Shown here: positions 12,001 through 23,384 of the stretch, in pieces
Layout of the letters: the number at the start of each line of letters is the position of its first letter
How positions within the stretch are numbered: position 1 is the first letter of the stretch
Origin: Macrostomum hystrix
Lineage: Eukaryota; Animalia; Platyhelminthes
NCBI GenBank assembly: GCA_950097015.1
Contig: CATNEN010000007.1
Span: 9,424,001 to 9,488,000, forward strand
Length of the DNA: 64,000 nt
Direction of reading: 5' to 3'
Notes under the pieces: model-generated
Seen by the model: only the letters and a program-made list of their open reading frames with translations
Databases searched by the model: none
Told to the model about the DNA's origin: nothing
Position numbers and translations under genes: made by a program

Positions 12001-15000
12001 TTAACAATTGGCGGGAATGAATATTAAATTGACAAAATTCCAACATGAGTTAAAATGGCCCTAGTCAGATCCACATTCAATGACAACGTCACAGTATATT
12101 GAAGAAGTGTCTTGCGCGGCCGCCCCCCCTTCGGCCCGCGGGGGCAATGTACGCAAAGGGCAAGCCAAGACGCTTCTTAATTTATTACCTTATCTCATTC
12201 CCTATCCCCCAAGTCCAACGTACATAGACCAAAGACCAAGTCCAAGACTATTGGTCATATACTAATTTTCAAGCTTTCATTATAATCGTGCGTGCGTTCT
12301 GATTTTTTAAACCTTTTAAATCGTCTGGGCCCTACCCTACCGGCCCTTGAAATGGGCGAAAACCGCGAAACAGAGCGCGCTCCACCTGGCGGCCGCTCCC
12401 TTCGACCCGCGGGGCAATGTACGCAAAGGGCAATGTACGCAAAGGGCCATGTACGCAAAGGGCAATGTACGCAAAGGGCAATGTACGCAAAGGGCAATCT
12501 ACGCAAAGGGCAATGTACGCAAAGGGCAATGTACGCAAAGGGCAATGTACGCAAAGACCGCCCCCCCCTAAGGCAAAACCTGGTTGCGCCACTGGTGTCT
12601 TGTACGAATGATAGAGTGCAGAATTTCCGATAGCTTTGTTGCTGATTTATCTTGATTTATAAGTTCTAGTTCTAACGAATGCGAGCATTGTTTTGCACCA
12701 GACTTTGAGTAGATTGTTTGATTATTTTTATTTTTTTGCACGAAAGGTCACCGAAATCGAGTTCAGTTAGCAGCTGAGAAGGTTTTCAGATCTGTCGCAA
12801 GCTCACAGCTCACAGAATTTTTTTTGAAAATTCCAAAATATCCATGAGTTGTTTCGCCACAAATTGCTTATGCACTTACTTTTATGCATCCCACTTTGAT
12901 TTTTACCTTGAATTGATCATTCTAAGCAAATAATTTTTTAAAATAAATCTCGTTGTAAGATCTCTGGAGTGCACGTGGCAACAAACCAGGTGGGCCCTCA
13001 TTTCACTCGTGTCGGCTTCCTTCAACCGAAGCTACAGGGAAATGCTTAATTTCACCCGGTGGGATTTGGACGCCAGAAACTATGCGTTGACAGCCCAGGG
13101 ACCCTCATTCGTGTACGAATGTGCTTTTGGTTGCACCTTGATTGAATTTTAAGCTAGCGGAACTGACGAAAAGTACTTGAAATTAAAATTCGCCACGCTT
13201 GATTTTCATTCTACAACATACCAAAACTGCGTCTGGAAATCTTGTCTCTAGCCACAGAGCAGAGCGGAGAAGATGGACACAGTCGAGTACGCGAACTGCG
13301 CTGAAAACCCGGGTCGAGGCCAGGCTGCCATCGAGCCGAACCACACGCACTTCATCTTCTGCGACAACGGCACTCTGCGCTACTTTGGCACCGAGATCGA
13401 CTTCCGTGCCGAGTTTGAGCAGTACGTTGTCACCAAGCTCAAATCGCTGGTCAGCGATGTGAAGGACGCGTTCAACCCGCCTGTTGTCCAGCTCGTCATC
13501 GAGGGAGGAAAGAAGGCCGTGCTCATGGCGGGTGAGTCGGTATTAGAATGACCGCATTGAACAGAAAACCGTAAACCACTGACTACTAAAGTAGTCTAAC
13601 TATCTAGCTAACTATCTAGCTAACTATCTAGCTAACTAACTGGCGAACTAACTGGCGAACTAACTACTAGTGGTGCTTGTCAAAAACCAAAACTCTAAAC
13701 TGTCAAAATTTTAAACGCCGCTTCGCACCGCAGGCAAGGGCGCGGAGGCGGGTACCCCGGTGATTACGGTGCAGGGCTCCGGCAGAGCGGCCAACGAGCT
13801 GGCCTTCTTCCGCAACATCCGCAGCCTCCACCGAGGCGCTGATGATGAATTTGTGTGCCGAAAAATCAAGGAGATGCTAGAGCATTACGATTCCCAGTGG
13901 CACTGCAACGAAGCCGAGTCGGCGGAGATCACTCAAGTGAGACAAGAGCCCTGGATACTCCGAGCTTATATTCCGTTTCTGTTTTTGCAACTTCTTGCCA
14001 TAAAAAAGTTTTTTTTTCAGTTTGGAATGAAAAAAGTATTTTGCTTTGCTCGTATTTGCTCATGTCTGAACATATTTGCGTAGTGTAATGATAATAGCAA
14101 TCACAGAAAAATAAAATCACTGCTCTCAGATGCTGCTCCAGTTCTCCAAAGAAGACCCAGCTGCCAAGTTCGACAGCAGCATGCTGTCCGTGTACAACCC
14201 TGAGCTGGACGAGGACATGGCCAAGACCATCCTGTACACATTCTTTAAGCACAAAGACTACAAGAACAGCACAATGACGCAGGTGAGAGTACAAGGCCTT
14301 CTTCTCGTGTTGCTAATAGACTGTCGTCAAAACTTTTTCTGAGAGATGTACTATAACGAAAGTCAGCCATTTTCAATGGTAAAGTTTCTTTTCCATCACG
14401 AATCATCAGAGTCAATCCAATATGCGACAACAAGCACTTTGAACACCGCAATCACATCGAATCCAGGTGCGCCTGTGCATGGCCTGGCATCGGGCGGACA
14501 TCGCCGCAGCCGAGATATTCGCCGAGGCGCGCAAGTCCAAGTGGAAGGACATGAACCTGCAGCGCGCCATGAAAGAGGCTCTCAACAAGCAGCAGGGGGA
14601 CTTTGTCAAGCTGTTCCTGGAGCACGGCATCGACCTGTCCAAGTTTCTCTCCATGGAGACGCTGGCCGAGCTCTACGCGAAGGTTGGCTTGCGTCGCACC
14701 TTGCGTTGCGCCGTACAGTGCTTGGAAAGAGTGATTTTCAGAATAATTTTGTGCAATCTTTGCAGATGTTTCGCTCAGGAACTCAGCAGGCGGACCGGCT
14801 GCTGCACAAGCTGCAAAGGCTCACAGTAAGCCTCAAATACTGTCATGAACTGACTGTTTTACTCTTAAAATCGTGAGGCAACTTTTTTCTGCTCATTCGA
14901 TGTTCATTGAATTCATTGAATCTTCTCTAGTGCTGCTCATTCCGGGGCGTGACATCGCAGCAACTGTATGAAGCCTCCCTGGATAAGAAGCCGAATGCTG

Positions 15001-17486
15001 ATGTGATTTTGGGGGCCGTGAACACGCTCATAAAAGTGTATACTGAGCACGCTGTTGACAACCTCTATACTGACGGTGAGCAAAAATTTTCCAGACTTGA
15101 CCAGGCCAGGCGAAGATCATACGCCGTAAAAGCATGACTTAAAACGTTGAACCAATTTTTGCTTATTTTTAGACAATCTCCGCGACAACCCGATGAAAGG
15201 CGCCTCGCCGCTCGCCCGCCCGCTGGTGCGAGACACGATCTTCCCGCCCTACGCCAAGAGCGGCAAGCGACGCTTCAGCTCCCAGGACCTGTTCCTGTGG
15301 TCCGTGCTCACGCACAACATAGAGCTGGCCATACTATTTTGGAAGCACGGGAAGGACCAGATCGGCTCTGCTCTGATTGGCTACTCAATTCTCAACAACA
15401 TGGCGCAGGATGCTGGGAAGCGCGGTGAGATGGAAGTCATGGAGCAGCTCACGCGGGATGCTCATCGTTTTGAGCAGCTGGCTGTGGGTGTGCTGGAGGA
15501 GTGCAGCAAAGATCGAAACAATTGTCGCCTGCTCCTGATTCGCAGCCTGCCCTACTGGAACCAGCAGACTGTGATGGCCATCGCTGATGCCAACCAGTGC
15601 ATGGACATGCTGTACCAGACTCCCGTGCAGACTGTGCTCACACAGACCTGGATGGGAGGTGAGTACTACTACTATTAGTATATCAACAAGATTCTCAGTT
15701 CAAAATGCTTTGTGTTGTTTGAGTTAATTCTGTGACTACTCGGAAGTGTGACATGACCCCGCAGGTATGGAAGCGGACACCAGCAACTGGCGAGTGGTCC
15801 TTTGCCTGTTCCTGCCCTTCCTGGTGCCAGTCCTCATTTTCCATCAGCACTCGTCGAACCACGAGGTTGTAGACGAGGAAGAAAAAGACTTGGATGCGGA
15901 GCAGCTCGACACTCACCGGCGCATGAAGTCCGTGATGAAGGACGTGGAGAACGTTGACGTGCGCGGTCCACACGCTAGAGAAGCGATGGAGGACCTCCAG
16001 GTCAGGGTCGGGACCTTAGAAGCTATTTGGTGGCCACAGATAAATCTATATGCCGAAAATCCTTGACTGTCCAATAAAGTTTTTGTTTTGCACCTTTAGC
16101 AGGAGCTCTAATATCATTATTTCTAAACCTCACCGCATATGACCAGATCGAGGAGGCCATCTCAGACTTCAACAAGCAGAGCAAGCGGGAGATGCGCCTC
16201 AAGAAGCTGAAGCACCAGCGCCGCGGCTTCCTCACCATGCACTTCTGCACCTCCCTGCTGCTGTTCTACAGCGCGCCCATCTGCAAGTTCATCCTCAACG
16301 TCCTCAGCACCGCCATCTTCCTGCTGTTCTTTTCCTACATCGTTCTGGTGCAGCTGCACCCGACTCAGCGAGAGTGCCCGATCAATTCCACCTACTCGAC
16401 CAGTCCGCCTGCCGAGGTGGAGCCGTACATCAGCTTCCCGCAGCCGCACGGCATTGAGATCTACATGTTCATTTGGGCATTCACCTTTGTTGTTGAGGAG
16501 TTCCGCCAGTTCTTCTCCAAGCAACAGCCTCTGGTGAAGAAGCTGGGAGAGCTGTCTTACTGGGACAAGTTTGACATGGTCATCTCCATCATGTTCATCC
16601 TGTGCCTAGTCCTGCGCCTAACGGTGTCCTGCCAGTACTTCGACTGGGTGAGGGACGCCTACGCCCTGACCTTGGCGTCCTGCTTTATTCGCTTCATGCA
16701 ATTCTACTACCCCAGCCAGTCTCTGGGACCGAAGGTCATCATGATCATCAACATGGTGAGCTGTCGCATATTTCAGGCCTTAGGGCAAATGTTTTCCGAG
16801 AAATCAAATTCAATTCCTCGGAGCATTCCATTTTTTATCGGTATTTTCTGTTCAGTCGCTTAAATTATGTACTTTAAACTTACAGTTGAACGACGTGATT
16901 TTCTTCGTGTGCATTCTCATCGTGTTTATCCTGGCGTACGGTGTGGCCTACTTCTCACTGATGACCAACCTGGACTACAACTACGTGAACAAGAAGTTCG
17001 ACTTTCACGATATTGTTCGGGGCGTGCTCTACGTACCGTACTGGCAGATGTACGGCGAGCTGGGACTGGACGGTGTCGACCAGGGTAAGTGGGCTCGATG
17101 GCTTCTGTGCTGCTTTTTATTTAGATTTTGATCCGATATAAGGTTAATAGGCAGGTTAGGGGGGTGAGTGTCAGAGCGGTTAACGCGTTTGGCTCTCGCA
17201 CCAACGTCCCTGGGCTCGATTCCGCGTCGAGGCCACATTCTTTTGGGGCTTGTTGTGCAATTTACGCCCTTGAGGGCCCACCTCCAAGGCACAGCTAGTG
17301 TATTATTCTGCCTGACGATGAAAAAGTCAGGGCAGATGTACACTCCTGTGTGAGCGTATGCCTGCGTACAGTATCTGTGTGTGTGTGCTCAGGAGTCAGC
17401 GAAATGGGCAGAATTGCCTCCTCGCTGGCTGCGGGTCTACTGTCACCAAATGATGTGCCATCGTCTGCAGCCCTTCTGCAAATACG

Positions 17487-17524
<38 letters not shown>

Positions 17525-19710
17525 GGTTATTAACACGCGACATTGTTTTCGATTTACTTTATTTCAAAAAGCTGATCATCTGGTTTTCAAGGGTTGGGGT
17601 TTTTTGTTTACAAGTTTGCTTCAAACGGGTTAGGGACAATCTTGGTAGGGTATTCCTTGCATTAGGCCAGTAAGGCCTTAATTTTGAATGCGCGTATTGA
17701 CTAATTCACCATACGAGCTATTGTATGAAGCATTGCGTTGTTGTTTTTCGAAAATTCATATTTTTTTAACTATACAAGCCAAGCATAAATGATATTTCTT
17801 CGAAAGACTGTTGATTTATCTGAGCAACGCATTCGCCTCTCGCGCCAAGGTCCCTAAGTTCGATTCCGCGGCGAGGCCACATTCATTTGGGGCGCAGCCG
17901 CGGAGTGAAGGCTTTGGGGGCTTGTCGTGCAATTTACGCGCTTGGCTCTTGCCTTTTTAATGTACGCTGCTTCTGGCTCCGTGGAACTCACTCGCAAGCT
18001 AAACATCGACAAAATCTTTTAACTCGAGCAGGAAAAGCTTTTTGGAGTACAAGAAGCGACTGATCTAAATTATTTTCAAATTATTTTATTTGACAGGTAT
18101 GACCATCGGTGGCGCCAGAAACTGGCTCGTTCTCCTTCTAATGGCCGTGTTCATGCTGGGCACCAATATTCTGCTCATCAACCTGCTCATCGCTATGTTC
18201 GGGTGAGCTGTCGGCATTCACTGATTGTTGCAAAAACTCAACAAGAGAACAAAGTTAAAATATTTATCCCGGCTTAGGCTGCACCAAAATCGCAGTCTCC
18301 ACTAACCCACATGAACTCTCGTCCTTGCCGTCAGGCACACATTCGAGAAGGTGCAGTCCGAGTCCAACAAGTACTACGCCTTCATCCGACACGAGCTCAT
18401 CTACGAGTACTACACCCGGCCAACGCTCCCGCCGCCGCTGGTGTTCATTCCGCACATCTGGCGCCTCATCTGTTACATGCGGCACAAGTGCTGCAACCGC
18501 GGCTGCCGGACCAAGCGGGCCGAGAATAGAAAATTCGACGACTTCAGTGAGTGCACGATGCGATAAAGCAAAGCCTGCATCTTACTAGGACCTTGTGAAC
18601 TGTGATAGCAGTGCTGCAACCTGTGTACGCCCTCCTCACCCTCATATCCTCACCCAACCAGCAATGGAGATGGAGTTGACGGAACATCAGAGGCTGTCAG
18701 CCATCGAGCAGCGGGCCACTGACCGGTATTTGAGTCGCTCCCCAATCGACGATGAGAACAACTCATCAGCATCGGCCGCAACTGCCTTGGACTTGGCCAA
18801 TGACGGCGAAGGGGCTTTCGGCGGCGACCCCGAGCAGAACGAACTCAAGGAGAAGTTCAGAGATCTCGAGTGAGCAGCATTTTACGTCTAGTTTGCTTTG
18901 CCTCATGTGCTTCGCCTTCTTCCTTCCCTCTAGTACTTGAGTCATTCTCGCAAGTCCTATCTTCCAATCTCCCCAAGTCCCATCTTCCCATCTGCCCAAG
19001 TCCCATCTTCCAATCTCCCCAAGTCCCATCTTCCAATCTCCCCAAGTCCCATCTTCCAATCTCCCTAAGTCCTATCTTCCAATCTCCCCAAGTCCCATCT
19101 TCCAATCTCCCCAAGTCCCATCTTCCTATCTCCCCAAGTCCCATCTTCCAATCTCCCCAAGTCCCATCTTCCTATCTCCCCAATTCCCATCTTCCAATCT
19201 CCCCAAGTCCCATCTTCCTATCTCCCCAAGTCCCATCTTCCTATCTTCCTAAATACATCTGTAAATTCTCCCTATCTCAGTCCCATCTCCCATGAACTCC
19301 TGTCCCAGTGCGCACTCCGCAAATTCCCGAGTCGTTTATTACTCGGGAAATATCCCTTTTATCCTGGTTTTTCTTGACTCGCGCCTGCCTCCAATTTCCT
19401 TCATCATTAAGAGTCAAATGCACGGAGTCGCATAGTAGGGAAGCTGACTGCCCTCACTCAGCCAGCCCTGAGCATGACTGCTGATTGCGCCTGCTGGTCT
19501 GACTGAGTCAGTTCAAGGTAAAGTGCAGCTCGCACAAGCTGCCCCATTCAGAGCCGCAAAGTTATAAATATAATTCTTTACTCCAAGCCAAGCCGTCCAT
19601 CACCTCCAAATGCCAGGGAGAAATTCGGCAAGCTGCAGGAGCAGATGCGGTCTGTGACTGAAAGCAACGGGAAGATGCTGCAGATTCTGGAGCACCTGAG
19701 CAGAAGGTGA
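5096..19710 (+). CDS. TRPM: TRPM-like cation channel paralogue 2, full length (~1481 aa, no C-terminal enzyme domain)
   Basis: Phase-consistent GT-AG exons: 5096-5193, 5684-6086, 7181-7278, 7436-7453, 8776-9034, 9572-9767, 10573-10739, 13252-13531, 13734-13936, 14130-14282, 14467-14682, 14766-14825, 14931-15075, 15173-15658, 15765-16000, 16147-16755, 16886-17084, 18097-18202, 18335-18546, 18662-18869, 19617-19710 (sum 4446 nt). MHR motifs PDLVLSVSGGAK, AWILTPG, IEPNHTHFIFCDNG, QGSGRAAN, CMAWHRADIA, DLFLWSVL; LGPKVIMI; pore PYWQMYGEL; S6 NILLINLLIAMF. First two exons and the microexon are less certain. Confidence 0.92.
5979..6017 (+). repeat. (CAG)13 coding polyQ tract
   Basis: Pure CAG run in frame in TRPM exon 2. 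Confidence 0.9.
6786..7105. repeat. 11-bp minisatellite (C/T)TCACTCTCAG
   Basis: About 28 tandem copies in TRPM intron 2. Confidence 0.95.
8282..8647 (-). mobile_element. tRNA-derived SINE, full length with 14-bp TSD
   Basis: Minus strand has A-box TGGCAGAGCGG, B-box GTTCGATTC, a shared body and a (TTA)n tail. Flanked by TAACTCCCTGATGA at 8268-8281 and 8648-8661. Confidence 0.9.
9230..9360 (+). mobile_element. Second SINE type, CORE-SINE-like relic
   Basis: tRNA-like head with B-box GGTTCGATTCCC (9278-9289), followed by TGTGTCCAGAGCAAGAAACTTAACTCT, resembling the CORE motif TGTGACCTTGGGCAAGTYACTTAACCTCT. Confidence 0.55.
9833..10547. repeat. 18/23-bp minisatellite GTGAGTCACGAGTGTCTA
   Basis: About 35 copies filling TRPM intron 6. 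Confidence 0.95.
12412..12557. repeat. 16-bp minisatellite GGGCAATGTACGCAAA
   Basis: About 9 copies; one further copy with its GC-rich flank at ~12115-12163. Confidence 0.9.
17159..17522 (+). mobile_element. tRNA-derived SINE, same family
   Basis: Colinear with the 8282-8647 copy over its length; ends in a long (TTA)n run; lies in a TRPM intron. Confidence 0.88.
17820..17945 (+). mobile_element. SINE 5' fragment, same family
   Basis: GTCCCTAAGTTCGATTCCGCGGCGAGGCCACATTCATTTGGGGCGCAGCCGCGG matches the family head; truncated. Confidence 0.8.
18952..19250. repeat. 23-bp minisatellite CCCAAGTCCCATCTTCCAATCTC
   Basis: About 12 copies in the last TRPM intron. Confidence 0.92.
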
Positions 19711-20310
19711 TTGAGTAGTGACTCAAGCTGCGAGCTGCATTGCGGATGTTGCTCTGATTGGTGTTTGTGTCTGCCTGTCCGAAATCCACGCATCTTTTTT
19801 TCTCCTTCGTGTGAAAATATTCAACAGAAATAAATTTAGACCTTGCCTCGCACTTTTCGTTAGTTTTTGTGTTTACTGGTTAGAAAGTCAGCAACTGTTT
19901 CTTTGAATATTTTGATTTTTTATTAATTTCTGTGTTTGCTATGAGGTGGCCTTTTTAACCGCATCTTTTCTCGGCAATGTTCTTAACTTTTACTTTTGTA
20001 AAATTTCGGCTTACACAATATTGCATCATAAAAAGATAATCTATTCACATAGATGTACGTTTTCAATATAGGCATAAATGCTTACATTACGCTCGTAATG
20101 CTTTTTGCGAGCAATATCAATTGCTGTAGCTCTGCTCTTTAGGTATCTCTGGGGAAACATATTTTCAAAGTCACATTCTTGCGGGCATTAAGCGTACATC
20201 ATATGTACAGCCTGTGTCTATTTTGTGCATTCTGTGTATATGAAATGTACGTTTAATATGTACATGAATGGAGTGTACAATAAATGTGCATTTGTAAAAG
20301 GTTAGCTGAA

Positions 20311-20620
20311 GGGGGTCAGTGGCAGAGCGGTTATCGCGTTTGCCTCTCGCACCACAGTCCCTAAGTTCGATTCCACGGCGAGGCCACATTTATTTGGGGC
20401 GCAGCCGCGGAGAGAAGGCTTGGGGGCTTGTCGTGCAATTTACGCCATAGAGGGCCAACCTCCAAGGCACAGTGAAGTGAAAAAGCCTGACGATGAAAAT
20501 TTCAGGGCTGTACTCGTACACACCTGTGTGAGCGTTTGCCTGCGTACAGTATCTGTGTGCGTGTGTGCTCGTGACTCGCTGTCTGCGGGTCTAGTGTCAC
20601 CTCCTGTAATTATTATTTTA
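20311..20620 (+). mobile_element. tRNA-derived SINE with internal 3' deletions and TSD
   Basis: A/B boxes, family body, short TTA tail; GGTTAGCTGAA repeated at 20300-20310 and 20625-20635. Confidence 0.88.
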
Positions 20621-21211
20621 TAAGGGTTAGCTGAAAGCAAATAAATGTGAAGGCATTCTTTTATTTTCTTGAGACAAATTCACTAAGCCTAGCAACAGAA
20701 GTGAAGAAATAAATTTTGCGAATGGGGGCTAGGCTAAAATGCTTTATGTGTATATTTACGAGTTTCAATTTATGTTGTTAATTCTCCATGACAAGTGCAG
20801 TTCATAGCCTACTTGTTGAAGTCAGTTTTTTCCACTAATTTCGCACTTCCTCGTGCTTTGTAAAATGACCTCCCAGTAGAAACAAAGAATCTCAGTCTTT
20901 GTTTAAGACAAATCAATCATAATTAAAGGCTTTTGCGTCATCTTGCTTTCCCTTAGAATTTTAATCACAATGTTTTTGTTTAAACTTAATATTATGTTTA
21001 TTCTCGAGGATCAGTTTGTTTTGCTCATTTTTGAGCACTATTTATGTGCGTTGCTTTTGCAACCCTGGACAGTAGCTGTACACCTGTACACCTGTACACC
21101 TGTACACCTGTACACCTGTACACGTGTAGCTGGTTTGTCAGCATGGACGGCTCTCTGAATAGAACTGCTTCCTGACAGTCTACAAGTAGCCATTTTTGAC
21201 ACTGCACTTTA

Positions 21212-21983
21212 CCAGATGCCACAGCTGTCTCTGGCCTTGGTGCCACCTTGCCACATGCCACAGCTGTCTCTGGCCTTGGTGCCACCTTGCCACATGCCAC
21301 AGCTGTCTCTGGCCTTGGTGCCACCTTGCCACATGCCACAGCTGTCTCTGGCCTTGGTGCCACCTTGCCACATGCCACAGCTGTCTCTGGCCTTGGTGCC
21401 ACCTTGCCACATGCCACAGCTGTCTCTGGCCTTGGTGCCACCTTGCCACATGCCACAGCTGTCTCTGGCTTTGGTGCCACCTTGCCACATGCCACAGCTG
21501 TCTCTGGCTTTGGTGCCACCTTGCCACATGCCACAGCTGTCTCTGGCTTTGGTGCCACCTTGCCACATGCCACAGCTGTCTCTGGCTTTGGTGCCACCTT
21601 GCCACATGCCACAGCTGTCTCTGGCCTTGGTGCCACCTTGCCACATGCTACAGCTGTCTCTGGCCTTGGTGCCACCTTGCCAGATGCCACAGCTGTCTCT
21701 GGCTTTGGTGCCACCTTGCCACATGCCACAGCTGTCTCTGGCCTTGGTGCCACCTTGCCACATGCTACAGCTGTCTCTGGCTTTGGTGCCACCTTGCCAG
21801 ATGCCACAGCTGTCTCTGGCTTTGGTGCCACCTTGCCAGATGCCACAGCTGTCTCTGGCTTTGGTGCCACCTTGCCAGATGCCACAGCTGTCTCTGGCTT
21901 TGGTGCCACCTTGCCAGATGCCACAGCTGTCTCTGGCTTTGGTGCCACCTTGCCAGATGCCACAGCTGTCTCTGGCCTTGGTG
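21212..21983. repeat. 39-bp minisatellite GCCACAGCTGTCTCTGGCYTTGGTGCCACCTTGCCASAT
   Basis: About 20 near-perfect copies between the convergent TRPM and GPCR 3' ends; preceded by (TACACCTG)n at ~21078-21124. Confidence 0.95.
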
Positions 21984-22688
21984 TTGATTAGTTTGAGTGA
22001 AAGGCCGCACAAATGCACAGGTGGTTGAGCCACAACGTCACAGGACAGGTCGCGCACTCAGATAGCGGGTAGTTGATCTTCTGTGGCCTGTCGGGCGCAT
22101 GTAAGCCTGGTCGGCAGCACACGATGCTCACTTCCTTGTGTTATTCTACACTCTGACAGAACAATATTTTTGCTCATTCTGTGAACGCAATCAGCTATCG
22201 TTTTGAAGGCCATGTCAATACCAATACAGCAGCTTTCCTCTGATGTCTGTCCAGATAGATTTTTACGCATCGTTGTGGCTTTTTCATTTCGCAATGCCCA
22301 CAATAAAATGTTTTATTTTTATTCAACTGAATTTTGAGAACTATGAGAGAGAAAGAAACTGACAGGCAGTGGTTTTGATTTTACTTTTCCGGGCTTTTGT
22401 TATGCACATTTCAATCGGTGAATTGAAGCATTGTTGAACACAACCGGTGGGAATCTCACCCATCCTGTGCCAGGTGCAAAAGCAAAGTGATTTAGAAATA
22501 TTTATTTATAAAGGCCTCCTTTCAAGCCTTTGATTGTCAGAAAAATTTGATCGAACTGTCATCAACTATCTACGACCCAACATCGTAGAGGTCTGCAGGC
22601 GCAGTGTCAGACAACAAAGATGTTATTAGCGATATACTCGCTAATAAGATGTGTGGGAGACGGACGGAATGATCAGAAGCCACAAATA

Positions 22689-22740
22689 GGATTATCTGGG
22701 ATTATCTGGGATTATCTGGGATTATCTGGGATTATCTGGG
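22689..22740. repeat. 10-bp repeat GGGATTATCT
   Basis: 5 copies. Confidence 0.85.
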
Positions 22741-23384
22741 TTAGCGTGTTTGCTTAGTGTTGTTTGTTATGATGCAGTGATTATCTGGGTTGGTAACAGT
22801 TCTGATCACACAACGAGGCCATAGTGAGACATTTTAGACACCAGACGATGCCCAGGTGTGCAGATCTTGGTACGAAAATACATGAAATCAGCAAATTATC
22901 GAAGAATTGCCACAGAAAATCTGTGGACATTGTCTATAACTAAACACTGACAATTTGACGGGTACATCCGATTCTAAAACTAATTATTTTGCTACCGCAA
23001 TTAAAGAAGTACTTTTACGTGTAGTCTTGTTTTGATCAATTCAAAATGACAACAAAAACGCGGAGTCACAAACGAATCGCTGATAAGCTGCCAGGGAAAG
23101 TTTTCGTAATTTTTTGTGTCGAGCCTTCGCATAAGAGTACCCTTACATTTGACCACTGCGACATCTCTAGAAGGCATTACCAGAGCGAACGCCCAGGACC
23201 TTGGAACCCTGTGCCCAAATTGATGCCTGAGGTGGCAACAAAAGCGGTGAGGGTTCTCTTTCACGGCACCTCTCACTACCGGCTGGCCACTCCAGCTTGT
23301 TTCTGGAATCAGAGTAGCGTTGTGTAGAGTAGTGGCGTGGGACAGAGAGCGCTACGTTTCATACCGAATCAGTGTTCGATTTTG

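Noticed and set aside
20311-20386. tRNA gene
   Set aside because: A/B boxes are present but there is no proper cloverleaf; it is the head of a SINE with tail and TSD.
21025-22057. Long ORFs in nearly all frames over the 39-bp array
   Set aside because: Stop-free repeat unit with no unique domain or splice support; no frame can be preferred.
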